A stretch of 64,000 nucleotides of DNA from Candidatus Calditenuaceae archaeon HR02. GTDB lineage: Archaea; Thermoproteota; Nitrososphaeria_A; Caldarchaeales; Calditenuaceae. Both the position numbers and the translations under genes were made by a program. Position 1 is the first letter of the stretch. Every line of letters starts with the position of its first letter. Below the pieces are notes generated by a model that ran no database searches, was not told the origin of the DNA, and was given only the letters and a program-made list of their open reading frames with translations. Where the stretch lies: positions 32,001 through 96,000 of the forward strand of contig BEHE01000003.1 in the NCBI GenBank assembly GCA_002898395.1, given 5' to 3'. Positions 55,985 through 64,000 of this stretch are shown here, in pieces.

Positions 55985-57076
55985 ATGCAGGGAGACATGG
56001 ACCGGGAGACACGGCTGATCGAGGAGTTCGGCCTAAGAAGTATAACTGGGCAGGAGCTAGGGATTGATCACTATTTTGCGAGGAGGGGCATCATCTATGC
56101 GTGCAGGGGGTATGAGGAGTTGATGGAGGCTCTACAGAGCGGCAACTTTTACACTCTGACCGGAATCATGCCCTCATCAGAGCGGATCCACCTAGGTACA
56201 ATGGCTGTGGTGGAGGCCGTAAAGTGCTTCTCCGACAGGACTAAGCAGACCATCCTCCTAGTCGCTGATTTGGAGTCTCTAGCAACTAGGGAGGTGAGCT
56301 TGGAAGAGGCAAGGAGGATAGCCTTTGAGTTCCACATTCCCACTTATCTGGCTCTGGGAATAGATCCTGAGAAGTGCGTCTTCTACTTCCAGTCAGAGAA
56401 CAAGGATATCCACAAGATAGCTGCTGACGCCTCGAGGGAGATTACGCTCCAAGAATTCAGGGCTGTTTACGGCCTCCTAGAGCCGTCCCGTATAATATCA
56501 TCTCTCTACCAGATAGGTGATATCCTATTTCCCCAGCTTGTAAGGCCTATGATAGGCGTAATCCCAGTGGGTCTGGACCAGGACCCACATATCAGGCTCT
56601 GCCGGGACTATGTTAGACGCTCCAAGTTCTTCCAGTTCAAGCAGGCTGTCGGCGTATACATCAGGGATGTGCCCAGCCTGAAGGGAGAGGGGAAAATGAG
56701 TAAGAGCGAGCCACACGCAGCAATCTTCCTGCCCGAAGACGACTACAAAGAGCTGAAAAGAAAAGTATACAAGGCCTTCTCAGGCGGAGCCAACACGCTG
56801 GAAGAGCAGAGAAAATACGGCGCAGACCTGGAGAAGGATGTTCCCTACAAAATCCTACAATTCATCCTAAAGGACGACTCCGAACTCCAGCGCATAGCAG
56901 AAAGCTACTCGAGCGGTCAAATGATAAGCGGCGAGATAAAGGAATACCTGTATCAGAGGCTAGTCGAGCTGATGCAGGACCTCAAAGCCAAGATCGAGCA
57001 ATACAGAGAGACGGTCAAACGGAAGGAGATCAGGATAATAAGTTCGGCCAGAGAGCTGGCTGAATACCTCGCCTAA
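55985..57076 (+). CDS. trpS: Tryptophanyl-tRNA synthetase
   Basis: TGIMPS..IHLG, PVGLDQDPH, KMSKS and AFSGG...EEQRKYGA. Confidence 0.92.
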   Translation: MQGDMDRETRLIEEFGLRSITGQELGIDHYFARRGIIYACRGYEELMEALQSGNFYTLTGIMPSSERIHLGTMAVVEAVKCFSDRTKQTILLVADLESLATREVSLEEARRIAFEFHIPTYLALGIDPEKCVFYFQSENKDIHKIAADASREITLQEFRAVYGLLEPSRIISSLYQIGDILFPQLVRPMIGVIPVGLDQDPHIRLCRDYVRRSKFFQFKQAVGVYIRDVPSLKGEGKMSKSEPHAAIFLPEDDYKELKRKVYKAFSGGANTLEEQRKYGADLEKDVPYKILQFILKDDSELQRIAESYSSGQMISGEIKEYLYQRLVELMQDLKAKIEQYRETVKRKEIRIISSARELAEYLA

Positions 57077-57284
57077 GTATTCTAGCGGGGATCGCGGAGG
57101 CTCTAAGTACGCTCACATTATGTGGAAGTGTTTTAGAAGCATGGATCATTAAATCAATAATCGGGCTCATTATATGTAATTCATTAAATTGTTCTTAACT
57201 AGCTAAAATCCTAAATAATTAATTGACTTTAAGTGCTTCCGACAGCTTATAAATCTCCCATACGTGATTGAGGGTGGAGACCTC

Positions 57285-58004
57285 ATGAAACGTAGAGCAT
57301 TTCTGGCATATATTCTTGTCCCGGCTTTATCAGTTCTTGTATTAGCCTTGATTGGCTATGGCGGACGTGATAGAAGAATATCGAGACCACTTGAGAAGAT
57401 ATCTTTGCCGCCTCCAAGATATAATAGCAGCGTATCTATCGAGTATGCTTTGAAAGTTAGGAGGTCTATAAGGGAGTACGAAAATAAGCCTTTAACATTA
57501 GAACAGGTGGCTCAACTGGCTTGGGCTGCTCAAGGGATAACAGATGAAAGATATGGTTTTAGAACTGCCCCATCTGCTGGAGCCACATACCCTCTCGAGA
57601 TCTACATAATTTGTAAGAAGAATGGTGTAGAAGGATTGTCTGAAGGAGTATACCATTATCTACCAAGAGAACATGCATTGGAACTAGTCAAGAGAGGAGA
57701 TTACAGTAGAGAGTTGATGAGTGCATGTCTCGATCAAGAATGGGTTAGGGATGCAGCGGTAAATATTGTCATCACAGCTAACTATGAGAGAACTACCTAC
57801 AGGTATGGAGAGAGAGGTAGAATTAGATACGTACACATGGAGGTGGGGCACGTCGGCCAAAACGTATACCTGCAATGTGTAAGCCTTGGACTAGGGTGCG
57901 TAGTCATCGGGGCATTCTATGACGAGGAAATAAAGAGAATATTGGGTGTCGATGAAGAACCTCTTTACGTGATTCCCGTTGGAGTTAAGAAGGGCGGATG
58001 GTAG
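57285..58004 (+). CDS. SagB/ThcOx-type FMN nitroreductase with an N-terminal twin-arginine/TM segment
   Basis: RRSIREY, RTAPSAGATYPLE, EVGHVGQN and IGAFYD; N-terminus MKRRAFL. Confidence 0.9.
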   Translation: MKRRAFLAYILVPALSVLVLALIGYGGRDRRISRPLEKISLPPPRYNSSVSIEYALKVRRSIREYENKPLTLEQVAQLAWAAQGITDERYGFRTAPSAGATYPLEIYIICKKNGVEGLSEGVYHYLPREHALELVKRGDYSRELMSACLDQEWVRDAAVNIVITANYERTTYRYGERGRIRYVHMEVGHVGQNVYLQCVSLGLGCVVIGAFYDEEIKRILGVDEEPLYVIPVGVKKGGW

Positions 58005-58584
58005 TAGTAAAGGGGCGGTTAGTAGAATAGGTTCACGAATATTAGGTATATCTGTTATTGTTTTTCTCCTTGTATATGCATATCCCCGTTTCTATCTATC
58101 CTTGATGGAGTCGCCTAGTTATCTTGTAGAGGAGTTCAGGGGCGGCGGTGTGATCGGATATAGGTATGCCTATGTGGGCGCATGGATGATTATTCTCTCC
58201 CAGCTATACGTATTCGCGAAATATCTTGTCAAGTATTTCAGAGTAAGGATTAAGCTTGCGAGATGGCTAGATATACACTGTACTCTAAACGTTACAGGCT
58301 TCGTCTTGGTGCTCATCCACGCAGGGTTTCCATACGCTTTTAGATACTGGGAACCCTTTACGAGATTGGAAATTTTTGGAGGGCTTGAGGGGTTAATAGG
58401 CATTAGAGGACTGTTAACATGGCTGCTCATATCGGCGTTCATCTCAGGCATGCTAAGTAGGTATGGGGGCAGCCTCCGTCTGAAAAGAATCTTAAGCAAG
58501 GTGCACGTCTACTCGGTGTTATCAACATATGTTTCCGCATCTATCCACATATTACTATCAATAACTTTTCCAGAAACAAGGTGA
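57979..58584 (+). CDS. Membrane protein with two Hx13H pairs (ferric-reductase/cytochrome b-like)
   Basis: About 5 TM helices; HCTLNVTGFVLVLIH and HVYSVLSTYVSASIH. Confidence 0.65.
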   Translation: MELRRADGSSKGAVSRIGSRILGISVIVFLLVYAYPRFYLSLMESPSYLVEEFRGGGVIGYRYAYVGAWMIILSQLYVFAKYLVKYFRVRIKLARWLDIHCTLNVTGFVLVLIHAGFPYAFRYWEPFTRLEIFGGLEGLIGIRGLLTWLLISAFISGMLSRYGGSLRLKRILSKVHVYSVLSTYVSASIHILLSITFPETR

Positions 58585-58746
58585 AGACTCATACTAAACC
58601 TTAAACTGAATATACGGAGCGGCTGTGAAGAATATTTAGTTGAGCCAACCGCAAAAATCCTACCCTAGCGGGGCTCCCTACTCTCGCAAACTTTACAGTT
58701 TTACCTGGAAAGCCTTTAATGCTTAGAAGAGCAGCTAGGTATTCTT

Positions 58747-59068
58747 GGGGTGGCGGGTAGGGCCGGGGGGCTAGCCCTCCCCTACAACCTGAAACGGGCT
58801 TAGGCAGGGGCCAGCAACCGACTGGAAGGGGTGTCCGGCCCTCTGCACGGCCTAGACGAAGGGTGTGAGGCCGCGTCCCACCGGAGAACGGTAGGGTGCG
58901 GCGCCACGCGTAAGCGTGGCCTCCCACACCCGCATGCACCGAACCGCGTCAGGCCCGGGAGGGAGCAGCGCTAAGGTGCAGCCGGGCTGCTGGTGGGGGT
59001 GCGTGGCTGACTGAATCGTCTAGGCGCGGCAGAGGCCCCGGCCCTCGACCAGCCGGAGCCGCCACCCC
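58747..59068 (+). ncRNA. ffs: Archaeal SRP (7S) RNA
   Basis: Helix 8 core AACCGCGTCAGGCCCGGGAGGGAGCAGC; helix 6 with a GTAA loop; 5' Alu-like region; ends pair (GGGGTGGCGG with CCGCCACCCC); upstream TTTAATG box. Confidence 0.93.
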
Positions 59069-59118
59069 CTCTAACAATGTAGAGTTTTAATTAGGGCGCA
59101 CAAATACGTGGGATAGGC

Positions 59119-59586
59119 ATGGCTAGTGAGGAGGATTTTTCATTGGAGGAGGAGTTGAAGCGGCTTAGGGAGGAGAACCTTTACCTCAGGGCCGAGATTG
59201 AGAACCTCAAAAAGTTGATGGCTAAAGAAGTAGAGAAAGCCAGCCGCGCAGTCGCTGAGAAACTACTGTTAGACATGGTCTTGATCTATGAGGAGGTTGA
59301 GAGAGTATTTGCGAGCATCCTAAACAACTCTGACCAGAAACAGGTCACGGAGGGTATCGGCATTCTCCTGAAAGAGATAAGGAAGCTGCTGGCTGAGCAA
59401 GGTGTCAACCAATTAGAAACGATAGGGAGGAAGTTTGACCCATTCATCCACGAGGCGGTCGGCTTCGTAGAGAGAGACGACGTTGAAGATGAGACTATAG
59501 TGGCAGAGATTAGCAAAGGGTATGAATACGTTGGTAAGATTCTAAAACCCCCAAGAGTTATAGTGGCTAGAAGGAGCCGGTCGTAG
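59119..59586 (+). CDS. grpE: Nucleotide exchange factor GrpE
   Basis: LRAEIENLKK, GRKFDPFIHEAV and KGYEY..KILKPPRVIV. Confidence 0.9.
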   Translation: MASEEDFSLEEELKRLREENLYLRAEIENLKKLMAKEVEKASRAVAEKLLLDMVLIYEEVERVFASILNNSDQKQVTEGIGILLKEIRKLLAEQGVNQLETIGRKFDPFIHEAVGFVERDDVEDETIVAEISKGYEYVGKILKPPRVIVARRSRS

Positions 59587-59658
59587 CTTCTCGACCGCGC
59601 ATAAGCGTGAACATAGGTTTAATCTGTTCCCTCTCCTAACTATCAACGGGGGAGGAAA

Positions 59659-60309
59659 GTGGCGCGGAATAGATGGCTCGCGGAGAGGCGTGCCGATCCT
59701 TGGGTCAGGATGGCTAAGAGGGAGGGCTACCCATCCAGGGCGGCATACAAGCTCAAACACATCCAGAGGCTATACTCAATCATAAGCCCTGGAGATGTTG
59801 TAGTCGAGCTTGGGGCTGCACCTGGCGGGATGTTGAAGGTGGCCTCCGAGCTGGTAGGTGAACGTGGGCTTGTTTTGGGCGTTGATATTAGGCCGATACA
59901 CTGCACTGAGGAGAATGTCAGGCATCTAAAAATCGACATCTACGATCCCTCAGCGCCAAGAGAAGTAATGAGGCTCCTAGATGGTGTGAGATGTGACGTT
60001 CTCATATCCGACGCCTCCCCAAACCTAATAGGTGTCCCCGAGATAGATACGCTTAAGCAGCTAGACATAGTTATAAGGTGCTGCGAGATTGCAGACGAAG
60101 TGTTGAAAGATGGTGGCAATATCATGCTCAAGGCCTTCGAGTGCCCAGAGCTCGCGCGGTTAGACAGAGTTCTCCGTAGCTGCTTTGACAACTACAAGAG
60201 AGTCACTACTCCACCAAGCCTGAGGAAGCATAGCTCGGAGGTCTATCTGGTGGGTATCGGTAGGTGGGAGGCGCCAATTGCCCCACTGCTAAGGGCTGCG
60301 GTTGGGTAA
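59659..60309 (+). CDS. rlmE: 23S rRNA 2'-O-methyltransferase RlmE/FtsJ
   Basis: SRAAYKL, ELGAAPGG, ISDASPN and SSEVY. Confidence 0.92.
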   Translation: MARNRWLAERRADPWVRMAKREGYPSRAAYKLKHIQRLYSIISPGDVVVELGAAPGGMLKVASELVGERGLVLGVDIRPIHCTEENVRHLKIDIYDPSAPREVMRLLDGVRCDVLISDASPNLIGVPEIDTLKQLDIVIRCCEIADEVLKDGGNIMLKAFECPELARLDRVLRSCFDNYKRVTTPPSLRKHSSEVYLVGIGRWEAPIAPLLRAAVG

Positions 60310-60316
60310 ACCTGCT

Positions 60317-61768
60317 TCATCGCGTAAGAGTCAGTAAGTGAACCGAACAAGCCGGTAGACTCAATATAATCTCCCCATTTCTACTCTCCACCTTTTCACT
60401 GTCTCTCGGAACAACTTTACCCGGCTCTTCGAACGTATTTCTGTCATCGGGAGTGGAGCCAGCCAGGTATCTATGCTTCACGCTCTTAAAGTCAAAGCCT
60501 GCAACGCGGATACTGCAATCAACCGCCTCATCTTGTGACCCATTCACTATGTGCACATACATTTTATTACCATCGCAGCTAGCCACCGCATCGACTGCCT
60601 GGACATTCTCCTCGGCCTCTTCCGAGTATAGTGTTGGTCCAACAACGCCAGTCCAAGCAACCTGTCTCCCAACGTTGGGTGCGAAGAGCTCATAGACATA
60701 GTACTGGGGGCTCAAGACCATCCTCTCGTCGTCCCCTGTCGAGATAAGTGGCAGAACATTCACGGTCTGTGCGAAACAAGCTATCGGAACCATCCTCGAT
60801 ATCTTCTGGAGCTTAATCAACACTAGGCCCGTAAAAACGGCGTCCCTCATCGACGTGAATTGAACATGCATAGGGGGTACGGCCTCCTTGTACCAGACAT
60901 TCCACTCATCAAATGCTAGTCTAATCCTCTTTACACCGAACTTGCGGCATGTAGCCTCCACAGTTTTGTATATCGAAGTTAGGTTACGCTCAATCTGTAG
61001 TGCGGCGGCGATAAGGTCTTCATGCTTTTTGGGACAGAAAACGTATGTGTGTACAGAGAGATAGTCGATGTAGTTGCCGGCAATCTTTATCATGTCTATA
61101 TTCCACTCTGGATCGTTATCGATGCCGCAGCCCACAATCTCGATGCTTTTATCAACTCTCCTCATTAAGTTTACAAACTCGATTGTCCTCCGCGCACACT
61201 CGGCGCCATCGATACAGAAGCCAACCTGCCAGCGGCCATATAGTTCGTTCCCGACACCCCACAGCTTGACGTTGAAGGGCTCAGACCATCCATCTCTCTT
61301 CCTGAGAGACGAATAGTATGTATCGCCCCTAGAGTTGCAGTACTCTACCCAGGCTGCCGCCTCCTCCGGCGTACCACTACCCGCGTTAACGACGATAAAT
61401 GGCTCGGTGCCCACAAGCCTACACCACTCGATAAATTCCACAGTCCCAAACTCGTTGGGCTCAACCCCCTCCCAAGCTAGTTCGAACTTTCGGGGACGGT
61501 GGAGTCTAGGCCCAATCCCATCCATCCAGTGGTAGGCAGAGGAGAAGTTCCCTCCAGGCCACCTAGTAAGTGGAGGGGATATTCTTTTCACAGCTTCGAG
61601 CACGTCAAATCTATAGCCTCTCAGGTTTGGGATTGGTGAGTTTTCTCCCACCCAAATCCCCCCGTATATGCAGCGACCTAGATGCTCAATGAACTGGCCG
61701 AAAACCCGCCTATCAAGAGGCCCAGCTTTGGAACTGGCGTCCACCCAGACTGTGGCGTGCCTTCTCAC
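60317..61768 (-). CDS. Alpha-L-arabinofuranosidase, GH51
   Basis: FIEHLGRCIYGG, RWPGGNF, GNE, FDEWNVW and AQTVNV. Confidence 0.93.
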   Translation of the reverse strand: MRRHATVWVDASSKAGPLDRRVFGQFIEHLGRCIYGGIWVGENSPIPNLRGYRFDVLEAVKRISPPLTRWPGGNFSSAYHWMDGIGPRLHRPRKFELAWEGVEPNEFGTVEFIEWCRLVGTEPFIVVNAGSGTPEEAAAWVEYCNSRGDTYYSSLRKRDGWSEPFNVKLWGVGNELYGRWQVGFCIDGAECARRTIEFVNLMRRVDKSIEIVGCGIDNDPEWNIDMIKIAGNYIDYLSVHTYVFCPKKHEDLIAAALQIERNLTSIYKTVEATCRKFGVKRIRLAFDEWNVWYKEAVPPMHVQFTSMRDAVFTGLVLIKLQKISRMVPIACFAQTVNVLPLISTGDDERMVLSPQYYVYELFAPNVGRQVAWTGVVGPTLYSEEAEENVQAVDAVASCDGNKMYVHIVNGSQDEAVDCSIRVAGFDFKSVKHRYLAGSTPDDRNTFEEPGKVVPRDSEKVESRNGEIILSLPACSVHLLTLTR

Positions 61769-61803
61769 GTTTTAGTCTCTGACTCGCCATGATATATTCA
61801 TAG

Positions 61804-62826
61804 TCATGGTTTTTCAGCAGATATTCTCTCGCGCGCACCTAGGTTTAGCGTGACTTCGCAGATGTCCGAGCTATATTCTGCGATTCGACGGATGTCTTGG
61901 GCCAGCATGATGACACCAACGTCAGTCTCCCATCTTCCTCCCTTTTTCTTTGTAATGTCCATGAGCAGAAGCTCAAACGCCTCGATCTTCTTCATGGCTT
62001 GACGGGCTTTCGAAATACTTCGCTCCAGCAACGCGGTCTTAGCCTCGGTGAAGAGGCTGCTAGCCTCGTAGCCGGCCCTAATTAGCTCTGGTGGCGGGGT
62101 CTTAGTCTGTCTCTCACCTACTAGGAAGTAGGCTATAGACGTTGCATGGTCTGCCGCTCTCTCGATTGTTTTAGCGGCTATGATATAGGATAGGCACTCT
62201 TGTGGGTTTTTGAGGCCGAGTGCCGCAAGTCTTCGGGGGCTTGAGATGCCTATGTTGAGCTGCCTCACTGCGAAGTGGTAGAACCTGTCCACGTCGTAGT
62301 CCCTCTGTATTATGTCTTGGGCAAGTCCCTCATCGTTGTTCTCAATCGCGTATAGGGCGTCCATCTGCATACTCGCTGCGAGGTCCGCCATCCTCTCGAT
62401 AACCTTGACCGGCTGTAGGCTGTCATGGGTGGGCAGGCACTGCGTGACTATTCCGTGGAAGGTCTCGCCGACTATCTCGACACCAACTAGCCACCTCCTC
62501 ATCATATCCTTCAACTCTTTAGTGTGCCTGTACCCAGACTCCCCGAACTCAAGCCTAATGACATTAAACCCTGCAATGTACATCGAAAGATAGAGCCGCA
62601 GAACCTCCTCGGGCCCCGCATCGGCAGGAACCTTGACAACGGCCTCCTCGATGGCTTCCTGCCCATCCAGCGCAGTTGGCCATATGATAAGCCCCCCACC
62701 AGGCTCCTCCATCAAGTAGAGCTCGTCATGGGGCTTCAGACCGACCCTTCTAACCCACTCCTGCGGCAATGAAACGATGAGTGTCGAGCCACCTGTTTTC
62801 TGCACGCGGCGGGAGTAGACAGGCAT
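61804..62826 (-). CDS. phoU: Phosphate uptake regulator PhoU with an N-terminal AbrB-like domain
   Basis: RRVQKTGGSTLIVSLP.EW, DYDVDRFY and IERAADHA. Confidence 0.9.
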   Translation of the reverse strand: MPVYSRRVQKTGGSTLIVSLPQEWVRRVGLKPHDELYLMEEPGGGLIIWPTALDGQEAIEEAVVKVPADAGPEEVLRLYLSMYIAGFNVIRLEFGESGYRHTKELKDMMRRWLVGVEIVGETFHGIVTQCLPTHDSLQPVKVIERMADLAASMQMDALYAIENNDEGLAQDIIQRDYDVDRFYHFAVRQLNIGISSPRRLAALGLKNPQECLSYIIAAKTIERAADHATSIAYFLVGERQTKTPPPELIRAGYEASSLFTEAKTALLERSISKARQAMKKIEAFELLLMDITKKKGGRWETDVGVIMLAQDIRRIAEYSSDICEVTLNLGARERISAEKP

Positions 62827-62961
62827 ATTGCCTCGACTATGTAGTGGCGATGGTTGAATATATAGGCACCACTTTATTTTATCTCCTATATAGAGATGTG
62901 TGAATAAAATATGGAATATAGGTTTGGCTTAAATAGTCAATATAGCGCTGTTAAGGCCGAG

Positions 62962-64000
62962 ATGATGGCAAATCCGAAAATGTTTGGTTTAATCTTGACG
63001 TTCCTGCTGGTAGGGGGTGTTGTTGGATACGTCGGCGGCTGGTATGCTGCGGGGTCTTCAAATGCTGGCGTTCTGACAGTCACGGAAAAAATAACTGTGA
63101 CCGCGGGAGGACAGACCCAGACAGGTGGCCAGCTGGTCGGTGAGATCGTCATCGATGGCTCAAGTACTGTCTATCCAATAACCGAGGCAGTTGCGGAAGC
63201 CTTCATGAAGATTCATCCTGAAGTGAAGATATCAGTCGGAATATCGGGGACCGGGGGCGGCTTTAAAAGATTCGTAGTGGGTGAGACAGACATCAACGAC
63301 GCCTCTAGACCTATTCTGAAGAGCGAGGCTGAAGCAGCCCAGTCCAACGGAATCGAGTGGATCGAGATACCCGTCGCTATAGACGGCTTAGTGGTTGTGG
63401 TGAGTAGGCAGAACGACTGGGTGGACTGCCTAACGATCTCAGAGCTTAAGAAGATTTGGGAGCCGGGAAGCAAGGTATCAAAGTGGAGTGACATAAGACC
63501 TGGATGGCCCGATGCACCTATACTTCTCTACGGCCCGGGCCCCGACTCAGGCACATTCGACTACTTTACCGAGAGGATTGTTGGGAAGCTAAAGGCCAGT
63601 AGGACAGACTATGTTGCTTCCGAGGACGATAACGTCTTGGTAGCTGGCGTAGAGGGTGAGAAGAACGCGCTAGGATACTTCGGCTACGCATATTATCCCC
63701 CAGCGGCCAATAGGATTAGAGTCGTACCAATACGGGATGACGCCGTATCGGGTTCAGAATGTATCGTGCCTACGGACGCGACTGTAAGCTCGTTTGCATA
63801 TCCTCTCTCGAGACCAATATTCATATATGTCAACAAGAAGGCGTGGAATGAGAAGCCGTGGCTGAGAGAGTTTGTGGTCTTCTACCTTGAGAATGGGGAG
63901 GGATTTGTGAAACAGGTGGGCTATACACCGTTTTTGTCGCAGTACTATAAAGCGGCTGCTGCACTCCTAAGAGCCGGTGTAACCGACGCGCTATACTCGC
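62962..64000 (+). CDS. pstS: Phosphate ABC substrate-binding protein (runs off the window)
   Basis: My translation: IDGSSTVYPI, GTGGG, DINDASR, DSGTFDYF, GYFGYAY and YPLSRP. Confidence 0.93.
   Translation, partial: MMANPKMFGLILTFLLVGGVVGYVGGWYAAGSSNAGVLTVTEKITVTAGGQTQTGGQLVGEIVIDGSSTVYPITEAVAEAFMKIHPEVKISVGISGTGGGFKRFVVGETDINDASRPILKSEAEAAQSNGIEWIEIPVAIDGLVVVVSRQNDWVDCLTISELKKIWEPGSKVSKWSDIRPGWPDAPILLYGPGPDSGTFDYFTERIVGKLKASRTDYVASEDDNVLVAGVEGEKNALGYFGYAYYPPAANRIRVVPIRDDAVSGSECIVPTDATVSSFAYPLSRPIFIYVNKKAWNEKPWLREFVVFYLENGEGFVKQVGYTPFLSQYYKAAAALLRAGVTDALYS

Noticed and set aside
58601-58939. 112-aa minus-strand ORF
   Set aside because: Antisense to the GC-rich SRP RNA gene, with no protein features.
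1-64000. CRISPR arrays, tRNA or rRNA genes, transposases, integrases
   Set aside because: None recognised by eye; tRNAscan-SE and Infernal would be needed to exclude small or intron-containing RNAs.

Overview
A gene-dense 64 kb chromosomal segment from an archaeon, probably a thermophilic member of the TACK group and possibly Aigarchaeota/Caldarchaeales-like. This is inferred from rps26e, rps8e, rps27e, rpl44e, SRP19, Gar1, RFC, Cdc6, TopoVI-A, GINS and an archaeal SRP RNA. It holds about 60 mostly housekeeping or metabolic genes, including pyrD, a Met/His-rich metal-handling cluster, coxG/D/E-moeA, fumC, pncB, asnA with a glutamate-synthase-like gene, an Opp transporter, amtB-glnK, intein-bearing sufB, a leuA-ilvB-ACT-ACT-ilvC operon, an MNT-HEPN pair, trpS, GH1 and GH51 glycosidases and phoU/pstS. 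I found no tRNA, rRNA, CRISPR array or transposase. The most notable observation is an unannotated 42-codon leader ORF (VVVI...ILLLL) directly upstream of the branched-chain amino acid operon. Its Ile/Leu codons are complementary to the leuA ribosome-binding region, which suggests ribosome-mediated (translational) attenuation in an archaeon. Other points of interest are an acidic L35Ae-like protein, a Tat-type flavoprotein paired with a di-heme-type membrane protein, a GH1 gene split by an in-frame TGA, a probable CTG start codon, and several operator-like palindromes. All family calls come from reading motifs by eye; no searches were run.
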